Below are positions 9,435-17,932 of a stretch of 64,000 nt of DNA, piece by piece. The notes under the pieces were generated by a model. The model was not told the DNA's origin, ran no database searches, and worked only from the letters and a program-made list of their open reading frames with translations. The position numbers were made by a program, and so were the translations under genes. Within the stretch, counting starts at the first letter, position 1. Every line of letters starts with the position of its first letter. The stretch covers positions 57,517-121,516 of the forward strand of contig JBGAJQ010000007.1 in NCBI GenBank assembly GCA_044224875.1. Reading direction: 5' to 3'. The DNA is from Gemmatimonadaceae bacterium (lineage in GTDB: Bacteria > Gemmatimonadota > Gemmatimonadetes > Gemmatimonadales > Gemmatimonadaceae).

Positions 9435-12400
9435 ATGCTTGAACGTCAAGGACGTACTACGGTGTTGTGGCGGCTGGCGGCGCTGGCCGCGCTCCTCACG
9501 AGCGCATCGGGGCTGCGCGCGCAGTACTTCGGCCGTAACAAGGTCGTGTACCGCGACTTCGACTTTCGGGTGCTTCGCACACCGCACTACGACGTGCACT
9601 ACTACGCGGAGGAGCTGACGGCAACGCGCGACGCGGCGCGTATGGCCGAGCGCTGGTATGCCCGCCACTCGGCGACCTTTGGCGATTCCGTGGCGCGACG
9701 TTCGCTGGTGCTGTACTCGAGCCCGTCGGACTTTCAACAGACGAACGTCATTCCCGACCAGCTGACGGAAGGCACTGGAGGCGTGACCGAGGGCTATCGC
9801 AGTCGCGTGATCCTGCCTCACACCGGGTGGTACCAGGAAACCGACCATGTGCTGGGGCATGAGCTGGTGCACGTCTTTCAGTACGCGGCGGCGATGGGGA
9901 AGGGTGAGGGCGGGGTCCAGAGTACGGCACGCTTGCCATTGTGGCTCGTGGAGGGCATGGCGGAGTACATCTCGTTAGGCCGGTCAGATCCGCAGACCGC
10001 CATGTGGATGCGCGCCGCGGTGCTGCGCGACAAGGTGCCACGGTACCGAGAGCTGACAGACCCGCGCATCTTCCCCTACCGCTACGGACAGGCGCTCTGC
10101 GCGTACATCGGCGGGCGATGGGGCGACGGTCGCCTGATTGCGCTGTACAAAACGGCCCTGCGACAGCCATTGGAACGCGCCATCCAGACGACGCTCGGCG
10201 TGGCGCCCGATCAACTCGTCGCCGACTGGACGCGGGATATGCGCGCGTTGTACCAGCCGGCCATGGCCGGGCGAGCCGATCCCGCGAAGGTGGGGCGTCC
10301 CGTGCTCTCCGACGAGCGGCGCGAGGCAGGGCTCGACGTGGCGCCCGTCGTCAGCCCCGACGGCCAGTATGTCGCCTTCTTCTCCAGTCGCTCCCTGTTC
10401 TCGATCGACCTGTTCATCGCGGACGTGACTACCGGTCGGATCGTGAAGCGACTCACCGGCCCCACGGGGAGTTCGCACTTCGACGCCATCAGCTTCATTT
10501 ACACCGCTGGCACCTGGTCACCGGACGGTCGCCAGTTTGCGTTCGTCACCTACAACAACGGGCGCAACGAACTCGCCGTGGTCGACGTGTCGAGTGGCGA
10601 CATCACGCGTCGCCTGGCCGTGCGCGGAGTGAGTGGCATTTCCAGTCCCACCTGGTCGCCCGATGGCACGCGCATCGTGTTTTCAGGGCAGTCCGGAGGG
10701 ATCAGTGACCTGTACCTCTACACGATCGCCTCCGGTGCCGTCGCCCGGCTGACGTCGGATGCCTTCGCCGACCTTCAACCGGCGTGGTCGCCCGATGGGA
10801 CATCGATCGCGTTCATCACCGAAGGGCAAGAGGGGACCGACCTGGCGCGACTCACCTACGCGCCATTAGCGCTGGCAGTGATGAACCTGACGACCAGGGC
10901 CGTCACCCCGGTGCCTACGTTCGCCGAAGCGAACGTCTTGAATCCCCAGTGGTCGCCGGACTCGCGTTCTCTGTACTTTCTCAGCGCGCCCGACGGCTTT
11001 CAGGACATCTACCGCGTTGAGTTGGCGAGCGGGTCGCGCTACCGAGTGACTCGCACGGCCACCGGCGTGAGCGGGATCGCGGCCTACTCGCCAGCGATCT
11101 CCGTAGCCAGCCGAACCGGGGCCCTGTTCTTCTCCGTGTTCGACCGGACCGGATATCGCATGACGATGCTGGACTCCTCTGCGGCGCGCGGAGAGGCGAT
11201 TCCCATGCGCGACGACTGGCGCACGACGGCCGGGCTGCTGGCGCCCGCAGAGGCGCGTGAGAACAGCGACGTGGAGCACCGGGTGCATGACGCGACTACG
11301 GGGCTGGTCGACGGAAGGTCCTTCGAGGACCGGCCATACGTTTCTCGGCTGACGCTCGACGCGATATCGCCGGTGTCGGTGGGCGTGGCGACAGGCAGTT
11401 TCGGGACTGGCCTGGCCGGTGGCGTGTCGGCGCTGTGGAGCGACGAGCTCGGCAACCGTAACGTCGGGCTCGCCGTCCAGGCGTTAGGCGAGTTGCGTGA
11501 TGTGGGGGGACAGGTGTTTTACGCGGACCTGAAGCGGCGATGGCAGCCGGTGTACAGCATCGGCCACATCCCGTATCTCACCGGCTTCTCAACCGTCGCG
11601 CCGGAGACGGTCACGCTGCCGGGCGGCCAGACTGGCACGGCCACGGTGGTGACGCAGTACCTGCAGCGCATCTATTTCGACCAGCTACGAGCCGGGGTAA
11701 CGTATCCGTTCTCGTCGACGCGGCGACTGGAATTCTCTGCTGGCGCGGCTCACGTCGGCTTCAACACGCAGGTACAACGACTTGCCGTCATCGGCAATAC
11801 CGTGTACGACCTTGGACGACGCGATACCACGTCGCAGTCGGGGCTCAACTTCGCCCAGGGATCGGCGGCGCTGGTGTTCGACAATTCCGTCTTCGGTTTC
11901 ACGTCCCCGATCGCCGGGGGGCGCTACCGATTCGAGTTTTCGCCCAGCGTGGGCGATCTCACCTACAGTTTCGTCAACGCCGATTACCGGCGGTACCTCT
12001 TCGCCAAGCCATTCACCCTGGCCTTGCGCACGATGGCCTATGGGCGTTTTGGCAAGGACGCCGAGTCGGATCGGATGTCGCCACTCTACGTGGGGGATGG
12101 TTCGTTGGTTCGCGGCTATTCGGTGTACTCGTTTGACCCGACGGAATGCACCTCCGGCGTGTCGGGCGGTTCGAGCTGTCCCGAATTCGACCGTCTGGTG
12201 GGGAGCCGGGTGGGCGTCGCGAACCTGGAGTTCCGGATCCCGCTCTTTGGCACCCGAGACCTGGGGTTGCTGCCGACGAACGTGCTGCCGGTTGAAGTCT
12301 CGCCCTTCGTCGATGCCGGCGTCGCGTGGACGTCGGACAGCCGGCCGAAGCTGGTCTTCGAGCGCGAGACCGCCGATCGCGTGCCGATCGTGTCGGCGGG

Positions 12401-12518
12401 CATATCGTCCAGGTTCAACCTGTTCGGTGCCCTGGTGCTCGAGGTCTTCTACGCCAAGCCCTTCCAGCGTCCAACCAAGGGATGGGTCTGGGGGTTGCAG
12501 CTGGTCCCCGGATGGTAG
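9435..12518 (+). CDS. Outer-membrane protein: HEXXH peptidase-like domain + PD40/TolB propeller + BamA/Omp85-type barrel
   Basis: QYFGRNKV, HELVH..WLVEGMAEY, repeated WSPDG, VRGY, C-terminal W. Confidence 0.85.
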   Translation: MLERQGRTTVLWRLAALAALLTSASGLRAQYFGRNKVVYRDFDFRVLRTPHYDVHYYAEELTATRDAARMAERWYARHSATFGDSVARRSLVLYSSPSDFQQTNVIPDQLTEGTGGVTEGYRSRVILPHTGWYQETDHVLGHELVHVFQYAAAMGKGEGGVQSTARLPLWLVEGMAEYISLGRSDPQTAMWMRAAVLRDKVPRYRELTDPRIFPYRYGQALCAYIGGRWGDGRLIALYKTALRQPLERAIQTTLGVAPDQLVADWTRDMRALYQPAMAGRADPAKVGRPVLSDERREAGLDVAPVVSPDGQYVAFFSSRSLFSIDLFIADVTTGRIVKRLTGPTGSSHFDAISFIYTAGTWSPDGRQFAFVTYNNGRNELAVVDVSSGDITRRLAVRGVSGISSPTWSPDGTRIVFSGQSGGISDLYLYTIASGAVARLTSDAFADLQPAWSPDGTSIAFITEGQEGTDLARLTYAPLALAVMNLTTRAVTPVPTFAEANVLNPQWSPDSRSLYFLSAPDGFQDIYRVELASGSRYRVTRTATGVSGIAAYSPAISVASRTGALFFSVFDRTGYRMTMLDSSAARGEAIPMRDDWRTTAGLLAPAEARENSDVEHRVHDATTGLVDGRSFEDRPYVSRLTLDAISPVSVGVATGSFGTGLAGGVSALWSDELGNRNVGLAVQALGELRDVGGQVFYADLKRRWQPVYSIGHIPYLTGFSTVAPETVTLPGGQTGTATVVTQYLQRIYFDQLRAGVTYPFSSTRRLEFSAGAAHVGFNTQVQRLAVIGNTVYDLGRRDTTSQSGLNFAQGSAALVFDNSVFGFTSPIAGGRYRFEFSPSVGDLTYSFVNADYRRYLFAKPFTLALRTMAYGRFGKDAESDRMSPLYVGDGSLVRGYSVYSFDPTECTSGVSGGSSCPEFDRLVGSRVGVANLEFRIPLFGTRDLGLLPTNVLPVEVSPFVDAGVAWTSDSRPKLVFERETADRVPIVSAGISSRFNLFGALVLEVFYAKPFQRPTKGWVWGLQLVPGW

Positions 12519-12653
12519 TCACGCGCGGATCGTGAGGCGGAAAGTCACCGCGAGGCATCGAGCGGCGTCCCGGTACGGTTCAATGCAAGGTTGGAACGGA
12601 ACGGCGTCCATGGCGGCGCGTGCCTTTGCGCCGAGGACGAGGTTTCCGCGTGC

Positions 12654-13745
12654 CTAACCTTTGCCCAGCCACCACCAGGCCACGGCCAGCAGCGCCACGA
12701 CGCCGATGCCAGCCACAATGCGGACGTAGCGTTCGCCCTGGCGACGCCGCGCCTCGTCAACGACCGGCAGCGCGCCGGGGGGCGTCGCCGCCTGCCGCAT
12801 GGCCAAGTGCTCGTGCAGGCTGACATGGCCTTCCAACGTGAAGGCCCGGTGCCCGACTTCATCCACGGCGGTCGGCGGCTGCAACCCTTCGCCGTCGAAG
12901 CGAGCTGCCACCACGGTGATATTGTCGGGTCCTCCGAGGTCATTGGCGACGCCGATCAAGCGATTGCAGGCGCGCGACAGATCGGCCTCCTCCAGGACGG
13001 CCCGGCCAATCATCTCCGGCTTCACCAACCCCGTGAGCCCGTCGCTACACAGGATCAGCACGTCACCACGGCGCACCTTCTGGAAGGTGAGGTCCACACG
13101 CACCTGCGCTTCGGGTCCCAGGGCCTGCAGGATGATGTTCCGGCGCTCGCTGAACTCGGCCTCGTGCTCACTGATCTCGCCGGCTTCGAGCAACTTCTGC
13201 ATCAGGGACTGGTCCTTCGTCAGCTGAAACGCGAGTCCGTCCCGCACGAGATAGGCACGTGAATCGCCGACCTGAACCAGGTACAACGTGTCGCCAAGGA
13301 GGCCGGCGAGCGTGGCGGTGGTACCCATGCCGCGCAACTCCGGGTGTTCCCCGGCGTACGCGAAGATCGCCGAGTTGGCCACCTCGGTCGCCTTGGCCAG
13401 CGCACGCACAAAGTCCGTGGGATTCTCCACGCTGGCGCCGCTCCAGTGCTCCCTGAGGTAGCGTACCACCACGTCCACCGCCGTGGCGCTGGCCAGCTCA
13501 CCGGCGGCCGCGCCCCCCATGCCGTCAGCTACCATGAAGAGCGTGCCTTGCCGATCCGCGGATTGCTTCAACACGGCGTCGAAGTGAACCGGCTGGGCCT
13601 CGCTCAAGTTCACCACCACAAAGGCGTCCTCGTTGTGCTCCCGCGACCGACCCACGTCGCTCTGGGCAAACGTCTCTACGACGATGCGCGGTGGCACCCC
13701 GTTTCCCGACCCGTCAGGTCCGCCGGTTCGTGGCTTGCTCTTCAT
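12654..13745 (-). CDS. PP2C (PPM) Ser/Thr phosphatase with C-terminal TM helix
   Basis: DVGRSREHNED, VADGMGG, MGTT, VGDSRAY, CSDGL, GGPDNIT. Confidence 0.95.
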   Translation of the reverse strand: MKSKPRTGGPDGSGNGVPPRIVVETFAQSDVGRSREHNEDAFVVVNLSEAQPVHFDAVLKQSADRQGTLFMVADGMGGAAAGELASATAVDVVVRYLREHWSGASVENPTDFVRALAKATEVANSAIFAYAGEHPELRGMGTTATLAGLLGDTLYLVQVGDSRAYLVRDGLAFQLTKDQSLMQKLLEAGEISEHEAEFSERRNIILQALGPEAQVRVDLTFQKVRRGDVLILCSDGLTGLVKPEMIGRAVLEEADLSRACNRLIGVANDLGGPDNITVVAARFDGEGLQPPTAVDEVGHRAFTLEGHVSLHEHLAMRQAATPPGALPVVDEARRRQGERYVRIVAGIGVVALLAVAWWWLGKG

Positions 13746-13796
13746 GGGACCACGATGAACGGGGTCGGCCGGGAGTGCATCGGCATCGCGTGCGGC

Positions 13797-14873
13797 CTAC
13801 TGCAGGTCGACGCGGAGTAGCTGACGGCCCAGCAGCAGGCGATCGCCATCGTGCAGGTCCCGTTCGGCACGCAACACGATCCCGACTCCGTTGCGGCTGC
13901 CGAGGTCCCTGACGGTGACGCGGCCATCCTCGGCATGCGAGCGGATCTCGGCGTGACGCGCGCTCATCGTCGGGTCGTAGGGAAACACCCAATTGCCATG
14001 TTCCCGGCCCACCAAAACCGCCTTGCCCCGCGAAAGGTGGCACACGTCCCGCACGCGTCCGTCAGACATGACCTGCTCCAACACGCCAACATCCTCCTGC
14101 GGAACCCGCGATCCGGTCTGCGTTAACCGGGCGGGCACTGCGCTGGCCGCCGGCACACGACGATACCGGACCACCTGCGAGCCAAGGAGAATCAGGTCAC
14201 CGTCCTCCAAGACCTGAGGCTCTCGAAGGAAGTACCACGTGGCACCTCCCTGAGACTCCGCGACATCGCGTATGCGTACCCGGTCGTCGCTGCGTGAGAT
14301 CACGGCATGTTCGGCCGCCAAGCTGGAATCGTCGGTGAATTGCACGTCCGCGTGGGAGCGCCCGATTACCATGCGTTCGCCCACTAACGGGATTTCACGG
14401 GCAACGTCTCCGGCTTCGTCGAGTACGACCAACCGCGGGACTCCGGGGAGCTCCGACACGGCTTTGGCGCGAGGTTGCGTGCGCGATTGGGTTCGCGGTT
14501 CGTCCAGTCCGCCGACGAGCGGAGCGCCACAGCTGCCACAAAAGCGAGACCCGACGGTCTTCACCGGCGCACCACAAGAACCGCAGGAGTGCTCCGTTGT
14601 CACCGGCGTCCCAGTCCGCAGGCCGCAGTGCGGGCAAAACAAGGCTGTGCGGTCTACCGCACGCTGACAATGAGGACACGGCGTGGTCCGCGTGGCTCGG
14701 CCGAACGGCGGCGTGGGAACGCGCAAACGCGGGTGCGTGAGTCCGGGGTCCGCACCGCGAGCGAGTGCTGGACCGGACTTTCCCGTCTGGCTTGGATCGA
14801 GCCGCCACCCGCAATGCACGCAGTAGGCCGACCCGGCCTCAAAAGACAGCGAGCAGTTGGGACAGGAGGACAC
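13797..14873 (-). CDS. Multi-zinc-ribbon + tandem FHA domain protein
   Basis: Six CxxC motifs (three double ribbons); GR..MSARHA..DLGSRNG in the second FHA; first FHA degenerate. Confidence 0.9.
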   Translation of the reverse strand: MSSCPNCSLSFEAGSAYCVHCGWRLDPSQTGKSGPALARGADPGLTHPRLRVPTPPFGRATRTTPCPHCQRAVDRTALFCPHCGLRTGTPVTTEHSCGSCGAPVKTVGSRFCGSCGAPLVGGLDEPRTQSRTQPRAKAVSELPGVPRLVVLDEAGDVAREIPLVGERMVIGRSHADVQFTDDSSLAAEHAVISRSDDRVRIRDVAESQGGATWYFLREPQVLEDGDLILLGSQVVRYRRVPAASAVPARLTQTGSRVPQEDVGVLEQVMSDGRVRDVCHLSRGKAVLVGREHGNWVFPYDPTMSARHAEIRSHAEDGRVTVRDLGSRNGVGIVLRAERDLHDGDRLLLGRQLLRVDLQ

Positions 14874-15058
14874 GTGGTGGCTCTGGGAGACGACGGATGA
14901 AGGCAGCGGGCCGGAAGGGTCAACCGGTGAAAGTATCCAGCCGGCGGTGGGGCAAGTGGTTCAAATGCGGGGTTATCGCGAAATTGCCACGAATCTCCGT
15001 ACGGGGCAACCGGACCCGAGGATTCGCTACGTCGAGGGCGTGCCGTTAGCATTTTGAA

Positions 15059-16999
15059 ATGCGTTTTCGGGGCGTTTTTTCGGACATCCTGCGCATCGCA
15101 TTAGTCGCCTCGCTCGGGTGCGCCCGACCTGGCGCAGGGCCGTCGACCGCGCCGGCGCCAGAGCGCCAAGGCGCGGAGCTACCGGCGCCAGCGGAGCTGC
15201 CGCCAATCCCGATGGTGACGGGGCCCATCAACGTTCGTGTGGTCTATCCGCAGGAAGGGCAGGTCATACAGGCGCGGGATTCGAACTTCATTCTTGGGTC
15301 CGTCGGCAGCGGCGGCGTCGCTCTCACCATTGACGGACGTCCGGTGGAGGTACGTCCAAACGGCGCGTTCCTGGCGTTCTTGCCCGTACCGCGCGCCGAT
15401 TCTCCCGCCTATCAACTTGTCGTGACTCGTGGGAGGGACACTGTTCGTGTGACGCACCGCGTGGGGGTGCTGTCGCCGCGCCCGGTGCTGGGTGACACGG
15501 ATCCGTTGGCCATGGACGCGGCATCGGTGCAGCCCTCGCCGCGCATTGTCCAGCAACTGCGCGCCAGCGACCCGGTGCGGGTCAGCGTGCGCGCCACGAA
15601 GAACGCCAGCGTGGTCCTGCGGTTGTCGTCGGGCGTGGACATCGCCCTGCACAACCTGGCGGCCGACATGGACACCCTGCCTAACGCGCTGTCGGCGCGA
15701 GGCGGGTCTGGCGGCATGGATCCCGCGTTGTGGTCGACGGATGTGTCCGCGTCGATGCTCGGCAGTGCGGGAACGATGCTGGTGGCGCGCCGGGGGGCTG
15801 ACAGTGTCACGGTGCCGGGTCCGCGCGTGACCACGCCCGTGGATGCTCTCCCACAGTATGTGGTATTGGGGACAGCGCCCGGCACCATGTCGGACACCGA
15901 TCGTGTGGTCATCGGCAAGCCGGTCCTCGGCGGCACGTACAAGTGGTTCTTGCTGCCGGGAACCATCGTGGAGCAGACCGGCCGCGTTGGTGAGTCGATT
16001 CGCGTTCAGCTCGATCGATCGCTCGACGTGTGGGTGGACGCGGCGGAAGCCACGCCCTTGGCGCGCGGAACGGCCGCGCCAAGACGCGTGACCGCGAATG
16101 CGCGAGTGATCGCCGGTCCGAACGAGGAGTGGAGCGATGTGGTGATTCCGATGACCGAGCGCCCCCCGTACGCGATCGATGAGGGTGAGGAGGGCGGCCA
16201 GTCGATCACGCTGACGCTGTACGGCACACAGGCCAACACGGATATCGTGAACTTTGCGACCGCGGCTGGGAACGTCGCACGCGTCTCATGGGAGCAGGTC
16301 GCCAACGACCGGGCGCGATATACCATCCACCTGACGCACGCACCGTACGGATACCTCGTGCGCTGGGAGCCAGGGGCGCTGGTCGTGCGCGTTAGGCGGC
16401 CTCCCGCCGTCGATCGTGAGCGACCCCTGACCGGGCTTACCATCACGGTCGACGCCGGTCATCCGCCAGCTGGGTCCACGGGGCCAACGGGCCTGTACGA
16501 GGCTGTGGCGACCTTGGCGATTGCGCAGCGGGTGTCATCGCTGCTCGAGGCGCGCGGGGCACGGGTGGTGATGACGCGCACGGCGCCCGGCGCCGTGGCA
16601 CTGGCCGAGCGCCCCGTGTTGGCACGACGTGCCAATGCGCACGCGTTTGTCTCGCTCCACCTGAATGCCTTGCCTGACGGTGTGAATCCGTTCACCGCGC
16701 ACGGCACCGGGACGTACTATTTCAACGGCCACAGCGTGGAGCTCGCCCGACAGGTTCAACGGGGCATGGTGCAGCGGATGGGACTGCGCGACCTGGGAAC
16801 GAACTACGATAATCTCGCCGTGCTGCGCCCGACGTGGATGCCGGCCGTCTTGTGCGAGGGCGCTTTCGTGATCATTCCCGAGCAGGAAGCGGCCTTGAGG
16901 ACGCCCGAGTTTCAGCAGCGCTACGCCGAAGGGGTGGTCGACGGGTTGGAGGCCTACTTTCGCGGCATCGGGCGGCAGGGTGCGGGGCCCAAACCGTGA
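15059..16999 (+). CDS. N-acetylmuramoyl-L-alanine amidase (Amidase_3) lipoprotein
   Basis: Lipobox SLGC; DAGH..E, VSLHLNA, AVLCE. Confidence 0.9.
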   Translation: MRFRGVFSDILRIALVASLGCARPGAGPSTAPAPERQGAELPAPAELPPIPMVTGPINVRVVYPQEGQVIQARDSNFILGSVGSGGVALTIDGRPVEVRPNGAFLAFLPVPRADSPAYQLVVTRGRDTVRVTHRVGVLSPRPVLGDTDPLAMDAASVQPSPRIVQQLRASDPVRVSVRATKNASVVLRLSSGVDIALHNLAADMDTLPNALSARGGSGGMDPALWSTDVSASMLGSAGTMLVARRGADSVTVPGPRVTTPVDALPQYVVLGTAPGTMSDTDRVVIGKPVLGGTYKWFLLPGTIVEQTGRVGESIRVQLDRSLDVWVDAAEATPLARGTAAPRRVTANARVIAGPNEEWSDVVIPMTERPPYAIDEGEEGGQSITLTLYGTQANTDIVNFATAAGNVARVSWEQVANDRARYTIHLTHAPYGYLVRWEPGALVVRVRRPPAVDRERPLTGLTITVDAGHPPAGSTGPTGLYEAVATLAIAQRVSSLLEARGARVVMTRTAPGAVALAERPVLARRANAHAFVSLHLNALPDGVNPFTAHGTGTYYFNGHSVELARQVQRGMVQRMGLRDLGTNYDNLAVLRPTWMPAVLCEGAFVIIPEQEAALRTPEFQQRYAEGVVDGLEAYFRGIGRQGAGPKP

Positions 17000-17124
17000 C
17001 GGGTAGCCGTTTGCCGATCTCGAGATGCCGGATGCAAGCCCCCGATTCCACCTGAACCACCGCGTCACGTCACCACCGCTCGCCACGTCTGGTCAAGTCA
17101 TCGTCCTCTCACCCTCGACGTCTC

Positions 17125-17607
17125 GTGCCACCGTTCATCCACTCACTTGCGTACGTCGCCGGCGATGTCGAGCTCGCCGACGGCGTGTTTGTCCTACCGT
17201 TCGCGGCCATTCGCGGCGATACGGAGAAGATCACGATCGGCGAGGATACGAACATCCAGGATGGCGCGGTGCTTCACGCGGACGTGGGCGTGCCCTGTAC
17301 GTTAGGCAGACGCGTGATCGTCGGGCATCGCGCCATCGTGCACGGTGCCATCGTACAGGATGACTGCGTCATCGGCATGGGGGCCATTGTCCTGAACCGT
17401 GCCGTGATTGGCCGAGGGTCGTTTGTTGGAGCTGGAGCGCTCGTGCCGGAGGGGATGGTTGTGCCCCCTCAATCGGTGGTGATGGGGATGCCGGCCCGGG
17501 TCGTGCGGGAGGTAAGCCCGGCCATGACGGAACGCATGGTCGCGGGCGTGGATAGTTACTGTAGGCTGCGCGAGCGACATCGTCGTGGCGAGTTCGAGCG
17601 GCGCTGA
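17125..17607 (+). CDS. Gamma-carbonic anhydrase family (YrdA/PaaY-like)
   Basis: IRGD, TNIQDGAVLH, VGHRAIVHG hexapeptide repeats. Confidence 0.92.
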   Translation: MPPFIHSLAYVAGDVELADGVFVLPFAAIRGDTEKITIGEDTNIQDGAVLHADVGVPCTLGRRVIVGHRAIVHGAIVQDDCVIGMGAIVLNRAVIGRGSFVGAGALVPEGMVVPPQSVVMGMPARVVREVSPAMTERMVAGVDSYCRLRERHRRGEFERR

Positions 17608-17780
17608 GCCTGAATGAATTGGGAAACACCGCGCTTCCGTACGCAATCACCAGCGTTGGGGAAGGTGCCACGGGCCGTCGCCGGGTGGCGAGGTGGGGTG
17701 GGGGGTACGCGCGGTGGGAATGGTCCGGATGGGATGCGGGATGCGTTTTCCACACGGACGCAATGCTCGTGATGTTGAAT

Positions 17781-17796
17781 ATGCAACACGTTGTCA
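17781..17796. promoter_or_regulatory. Possible NrdR box upstream of nrdJ
   Basis: Imperfect palindrome atgCAACACGTTGtca in an AT-richer leader; partial consensus match only, no second box seen. Confidence 0.3.
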
Positions 17797-17932
17797 GTTT
17801 GGCAGTTACAAGTACACTGGCGCGCTTTCACGTGTGCTGCTAGGTTGCGCCCCCCGCAGTGAATCTGGACCAGACTGTTACAGAACCGTCGATCGCCCCC
17901 GCACGACCGTTACACTTCGCTGGAGGACCCCG

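Noticed and set aside
17693..17932. 80-aa N-terminal extension of nrdJ in the ORF track
   Set aside because: Not protein-like; a GGAGG RBS precedes ATG 17933
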